Below are positions 60,005-64,000 of a stretch of DNA of 64,000 nucleotides, in pieces (positions within the stretch are counted from its first letter, which is position 1; each line of letters begins with the position of its first letter). Origin of the DNA: an uncultured bacterium (GTDB lineage: Bacteria > Patescibacteriota > Minisyncoccia > Phycocordibacterales > Phycocordibacteraceae); NCBI GenBank assembly GCA_903825105.1, contig CAIJZI010000008.1:8401-72400 (forward strand). Direction: 5' to 3'. The notes beneath the pieces are model-generated. The model was not told the DNA's origin. It ran no database searches and saw only the letters and a program-made list of their open reading frames with translations. The translations under genes and the position numbers were made by a program.

Positions 60005-60367
60005 ATGAAATCTAATGCTGTCATTGTCATTATTGCGGTTCTCGCCATCTCTGCTGGCGCGTATTGGTATTTTTTCACTGGCACTGGCAATCAACAGCCA
60101 CTGACCGGGGTTGGTACATCTATAAATATCGCGCAAGCACAATTCCAAACACTTCTCGGCGAACTTCAGCCAATTTCTTTTGATCCAAGCATTTTTTCTG
60201 ATGCGCGATTTAATGTTCTAACAGATCTTACAACAACAGTTTCTCCAGAAACAACAGGTCGACTCGATCCTTTTTCAATCGCTTCTAATCCAAGTCAAGG
60301 TTCTTCCGGTTCTGTTTCTACCGCGAGCTCCACAGCGAGCTCAACCACAAAAGTAATTAAAAAGTAA
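60005..60367 (+). CDS. small membrane-anchored S/T-rich protein (PilP-like position)
   Basis: N-terminal TM; operon position only. Confidence 0.35.
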   Translation: MKSNAVIVIIAVLAISAGAYWYFFTGTGNQQPLTGVGTSINIAQAQFQTLLGELQPISFDPSIFSDARFNVLTDLTTTVSPETTGRLDPFSIASNPSQGSSGSVSTASSTASSTTKVIKK

Positions 60368-62154
60368 TGAATTTCTTAGGATTTATTGTTGACAAAGGCC
60401 TCATCACCGCAATTGACCGCGCGAAGGTTGAAGCTGAACTAGCGAAAAAGCGCCCTCTTTCTGAAGTGCTTGCTGAGCATGGCGTCTCGCTCGAGAGCGC
60501 GCTCAAACAAGCGGGGGAAGAATACAATATTCCCGTTCGTATTCTCGGAGATCCTCCTGCTGAACAAAATGTGTTTAATTATGTTCCGATTGATTCGGCA
60601 CAGCATTATGGATTCGTTCCGCTTAGTATGAAAGATGGCGCGCTCGAAGTCGGAATGACCGATCCTGATAACATCGAAGCTTTCGATGCACTCCAATTCA
60701 TCTCGGGGAAGATTGGCATACCGTATAAGATTTTTCTCATTACAAAACAAGATTTCGATAGAGTCATTGAGTCGTATAAAAATATTTCTGGCGAAGTTGG
60801 GGAAGCTCTTTCAGAATATGAAAACACATCAAAATCTCCCTCTGCCGCGCACGGTTCTATGCATAAAGAAGCTGCTCCCGAAGAGAATTCAAATCTTAAT
60901 GATGAAGCCATAACGCTTACGGGCGCGCGCGAATCGTTAAAAGAAGACGCACCCGTTACCAAGATTGTTTCGACTATATTGCGCTATGCCATCGAAGGTC
61001 ACTCGTCAGATATTCATATAGAATCTTCCTCGACGAGAACGCGCGTTCGTTTCCGTATGGACGGCGAGCTCCACACTTCACTTGAATTGCCAACGAAGGT
61101 GCATGACGCGGTTGTTGCGCGCGTTAAGATTCTAGCGAAACTTCGTCTCGACGAAAAGCGTAAGCCACAAGACGGTCGATTTTCTGCGACCATAGAAAAG
61201 CGTCGAATCGACTTCCGTGTCTCGACATTCCCAACTGAATATGGCGAAAAGGTGGTGATGCGTATTCTCGATCAGTCGGCGGCGACTGCGACGCTCGAGT
61301 CGATCGGATTTTCCGCAGAACAGCTCGTTGAGATCAGAGACATGATGAAAGTTCCGTACGGGATTATCCTCATCGCTGGGCCAACCGGTTCTGGAAAGTC
61401 GACAACTTTGTTCGGTATGCTTTCTGAAGTTGACCGCGAAACTGAAAATGTGGTGTCGCTTGAAGATCCTATCGAATATGAAATCCCCGGCGTTTCCCAG
61501 AGCCAGGTTCGTCCAGAAATCGGCTACACCTTCGCGAACGGTCTCCGTTCAATCCTGCGTCAAGACCCTGATGTCATTATGGTTGGAGAAATTCGTGATA
61601 ATGAAACTGCGGTGCTCGCGGTGCAGGCTGCGCTTACGGGGCACCTCGTCTTTTCAACGATTCACACCAACACCGCCACAGGCGCGATACCGCGTCTTGT
61701 TGATATGGGCGTTGACCCATTCCTTATTGCACCGACATTGACTGCAGTTATTGGGCAAAGACTCGTAAGAAAGCTTGGAGAAGGGGCGGGGAAGCCGTTC
61801 CCGATTACGGACAGCATCAAAGCTTTTCTCGATAGACAATTTGCGGATCTACCGAAGGAATTTCAGAAAAATTTTCCTCCATTCAATCAGTTTTATCATG
61901 CGACTCCGACAGCAGAATGTCCAAGTGGCACCCGTGGCCGCACGGGAGCTTTTGAAATCCTTAGGATGAACAAAAAAATCGAAGAAGTTATTTTGAAAGA
62001 GCCTGTTGAAGAGAAGATTTATACCGCAGCACGCGCCGGCGGGATGCTCACGATGCGTGAAGACGCGATTATGAAAGCACTCGCAGGCGTCATTTCTTTT
62101 GAAGAAATCAATACGCTTGGAGGAGAGCTCTTTGTAGAAGACGAAAAAGACTAA
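60367..62154 (+). CDS. pilB: type IV pilus assembly ATPase PilB/GspE family
   Basis: Walker A GPTGSGKST; Asp box; His box; N-terminal GSPII_E_N-like domain. Confidence 0.9.
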   Translation: MNFLGFIVDKGLITAIDRAKVEAELAKKRPLSEVLAEHGVSLESALKQAGEEYNIPVRILGDPPAEQNVFNYVPIDSAQHYGFVPLSMKDGALEVGMTDPDNIEAFDALQFISGKIGIPYKIFLITKQDFDRVIESYKNISGEVGEALSEYENTSKSPSAAHGSMHKEAAPEENSNLNDEAITLTGARESLKEDAPVTKIVSTILRYAIEGHSSDIHIESSSTRTRVRFRMDGELHTSLELPTKVHDAVVARVKILAKLRLDEKRKPQDGRFSATIEKRRIDFRVSTFPTEYGEKVVMRILDQSAATATLESIGFSAEQLVEIRDMMKVPYGIILIAGPTGSGKSTTLFGMLSEVDRETENVVSLEDPIEYEIPGVSQSQVRPEIGYTFANGLRSILRQDPDVIMVGEIRDNETAVLAVQAALTGHLVFSTIHTNTATGAIPRLVDMGVDPFLIAPTLTAVIGQRLVRKLGEGAGKPFPITDSIKAFLDRQFADLPKEFQKNFPPFNQFYHATPTAECPSGTRGRTGAFEILRMNKKIEEVILKEPVEEKIYTAARAGGMLTMREDAIMKALAGVISFEEINTLGGELFVEDEKD

Positions 62155-62176
62155 TTATTTATAGTATAATAAAACT

Positions 62177-62578
62177 ATGGCATACCGTATATATTTGATT
62201 GACGATGACAAGTTTCTTCTTGACCTTTATGCTGTTAAGTTTAAAAATGCAGGGCATGAAGTCACTGCCTTCGGTAGTGGTGAAGAGCTTTTGGCTACAC
62301 TGAGAAAGCCTGAGGTCGCTGCTCCAGACGCGATTCTTATAGATCTTATTATGCCGGGGATGGGCGGATTTGGAGCCCTTGAAGCAATACGAAAGGAAAA
62401 TCTAGCGAAGGGAACGAAAATAATCATTCTTTCAAATCAAGGTAAGGATGCGGATATTGAAAAAGCAAAACAATTTGCTGTTGATGGCTATATTATAAAA
62501 GCGTCGGCGATTCCTTCAGAAGTTTTAGCCGAGACATTAAATATTATTCATCCGGACTCAGCTGTGCCAAAAACATAA
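62177..62578 (+). CDS. standalone response-regulator receiver (PilH/PilG-like position)
   Basis: LIDDD...DLIMPGMGG...ILSN receiver motifs. Confidence 0.8.
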   Translation: MAYRIYLIDDDKFLLDLYAVKFKNAGHEVTAFGSGEELLATLRKPEVAAPDAILIDLIMPGMGGFGALEAIRKENLAKGTKIIILSNQGKDADIEKAKQFAVDGYIIKASAIPSEVLAETLNIIHPDSAVPKT

Positions 62579-62581
62579 TGT

Positions 62582-63640
62582 ATGGTTATAGATAAACGAC
62601 TCGAAGAACTTCTCGACCTGGTTATCGCTCAAGGCGGTTCGGATTTACATATTTGTGCAGGCGCGTCTCCTATGATCCGCATAGCGGGTACATTGATACC
62701 AATCACAAAATATTCAGCGCTCACGAGTGAAGAAACAGAAACGATGTTTAAAAGCATTGTGCCAGAAGATCGTTGGGATTTGTTTAGAGAACGGCAGAAC
62801 ATTGACCTTTCTTATGCGCATGGGAATTCACGGTTCAGAATAAATGGATTCCGCGTTCAAGGAACAACCGCTTTTGCTCTCCGTCTTGTTCCGCACGCTA
62901 TTAAAACATTTTCTGAACTTAATTTGCCATCCGTTCTTGAAGTCTTTACTCAGCGCAAGCAGGGTTTTTTCCTTGTCGTTGGTCCAGTTGGGCACGGCAA
63001 ATCAACTACGCTTGCCGCAATGATTGACTGTATTAATGATTCTCGTTCAGAACACATTCTCACCATCGAAGACCCTGTAGAATATGTTTTTACTCCAAAA
63101 AAATCGCTCATTCATCAACGCGAAGTTCATATAGATGTGCCCGATTTCCAAACCGCTCTCCAAGGAGCATTCCGAGAAGATGTTGATGTCATTATGGTCG
63201 GTGAGATGCGTGATTATGAGACTATTTCAAATGCAGTTACCGCGGCGGAGACAGGGCATCTGGTATTTTCAACACTGCACACCAACAACGCAGCGCAGAC
63301 GATCGATCGCATTATTGATATGTTCCCTGCGGAGCAACAAGCTCAGGTGCGCGTACAGCTCGCGGGTAGTCTCGCGGGCATCTTTTCGCAGCGCCTCGTT
63401 CCTCGTATTTCTGGCGGACTTATCCCTGCGTGTGAGCTTCTTATAAATAATAATGCGGTATCTACTCTTATCCGCGATGCACGCACGCACGAGATTGATA
63501 CGGTAATACAGACCTCTTCGCAAGAGGGGATGATTGATATGGATCGCTCGCTCGCTGATCTTATGAAGCGCGGGGAAGTGACGATCGAGCACGCGTATGA
63601 ACATGCGGTTAATCCAAAGACATTTGAACGCTACTTATAA
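62582..63640 (+). CDS. pilT: twitching-motility retraction ATPase PilT
   Basis: Walker A GPVGHGKST; 352 aa. Confidence 0.9.
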   Translation: MVIDKRLEELLDLVIAQGGSDLHICAGASPMIRIAGTLIPITKYSALTSEETETMFKSIVPEDRWDLFRERQNIDLSYAHGNSRFRINGFRVQGTTAFALRLVPHAIKTFSELNLPSVLEVFTQRKQGFFLVVGPVGHGKSTTLAAMIDCINDSRSEHILTIEDPVEYVFTPKKSLIHQREVHIDVPDFQTALQGAFREDVDVIMVGEMRDYETISNAVTAAETGHLVFSTLHTNNAAQTIDRIIDMFPAEQQAQVRVQLAGSLAGIFSQRLVPRISGGLIPACELLINNNAVSTLIRDARTHEIDTVIQTSSQEGMIDMDRSLADLMKRGEVTIEHAYEHAVNPKTFERYL

Positions 63641-63667
63641 AATGTTTAATTTTTTAAATATTTAAAT

Positions 63668-64000
63668 ATGTTGTTTACTTACCACGCGATTGATCAAGAC
63701 GGACACGAACGAGGCGGAACGATAGAGGCGCTTTCGAAAGATGCTGCGGTCTCCGCACTTCAGCGGCGCAATTTGATTGTGTCGATGATTGAATCGGCAG
63801 AGAAGCACTCAATCCTAGACATGAAGTTACCGTTCACAGGAAAAATAAGAGGGAAAGACATTGTTATTTTTTCCCGCCAAATAGCGACCTTGTTCGAGGC
63901 ACAAGTCTCTGCACTACGCATTTTCAGACTTCTCGCAGCAGAATCTGATAATAAAAATTTCGCAGTAATTCTTTCAGAAATAGGAGATGATATCCAAAGT
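63668..64000 (+). CDS. pilC: type IV pilus platform protein PilC (GspF family), 5' partial, runs off the window end
   Basis: MLFTYHAIDQDG...SRQIATLFEAQVS typical PilC N-domain. Confidence 0.75.
   Translation, partial: MLFTYHAIDQDGHERGGTIEALSKDAAVSALQRRNLIVSMIESAEKHSILDMKLPFTGKIRGKDIVIFSRQIATLFEAQVSALRIFRLLAAESDNKNFAVILSEIGDDIQS

Overview
This 64-kb window is a chromosomal segment of a small-genome bacterium, with a housekeeping backbone interrupted by several accessory insertions. The core is the str/S10/spc ribosomal-protein super-operon (rpsL-rpsG-fusA-tuf-rpsJ-rplCDWB-rpsS-rplV-rpsC-rplP-rpmC-rpsQ-rplNXE-rpsN-rpsH-rplFR-rpsE-rplO-secY-adk-map). Around it sit a UvrD-like helicase, KsgA, a convergent infC-rpmI-rplT unit, groES/groEL, ppa, secG, RNase J, two HhH-GPD glycosylases, an ECF sigma/anti-sigma pair, one tRNA-Ser(GCU), and a type IV pilus block (comF, pilMNO, pilB, receiver, pilT, pilC). 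Lineage assignment is inference only: L30 is missing between rpsE and rplO, no infA-rpmJ-rpsM-rpsK-rpsD-rpoA-rplQ follows map, and genes are compact, which together resemble Candidate Phyla Radiation/Patescibacteria-like genomes.

The ribosomal operon is unusually fragmented. Each piece has its own sigma70-like promoter (TTGACA/TTGCAT-N17-TATAGT/TATACT) and intrinsic terminator, and small foreign genes sit in the gaps:
- an AT-rich HicB-HicA islet between rpsG and fusA;
- a zinc-ribbon ORF between rpsJ and rplC;
- a solitary MazF/PemK-like toxin between rplB and rpsS;
- a small ORF with a strong Shine-Dalgarno (SD) sequence between rplE and rpsN;
- a standalone CheY-like receiver between secY and adk.

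The most unusual loci are:
- 3258-9624: a four-gene envelope cluster whose 600-aa and 912-aa proteins share a duplicated Cys-rich module and resemble a VirB5/TrbJ-like plus VirB6/TrbL-like pair, with no ATPases present;
- 47765-48285: a 58-aa hydrophobic peptide gene with consensus promoter, SD and terminator, next to a perfect 19-bp palindrome and flanked by 35-bp direct repeats;
- 54776-56981: an AT-rich islet next to tRNA-Ser carrying a Schlafen/AlbA_2 + HATPase_c_4 protein, bounded by a partial copy of the tRNA 3' end;
- 52445-53580: an SPFH lipoprotein insertion flanked by a duplicated 3' end of the GH18 gene.

No CRISPR array, rRNA gene or transposase/integrase was recognised.
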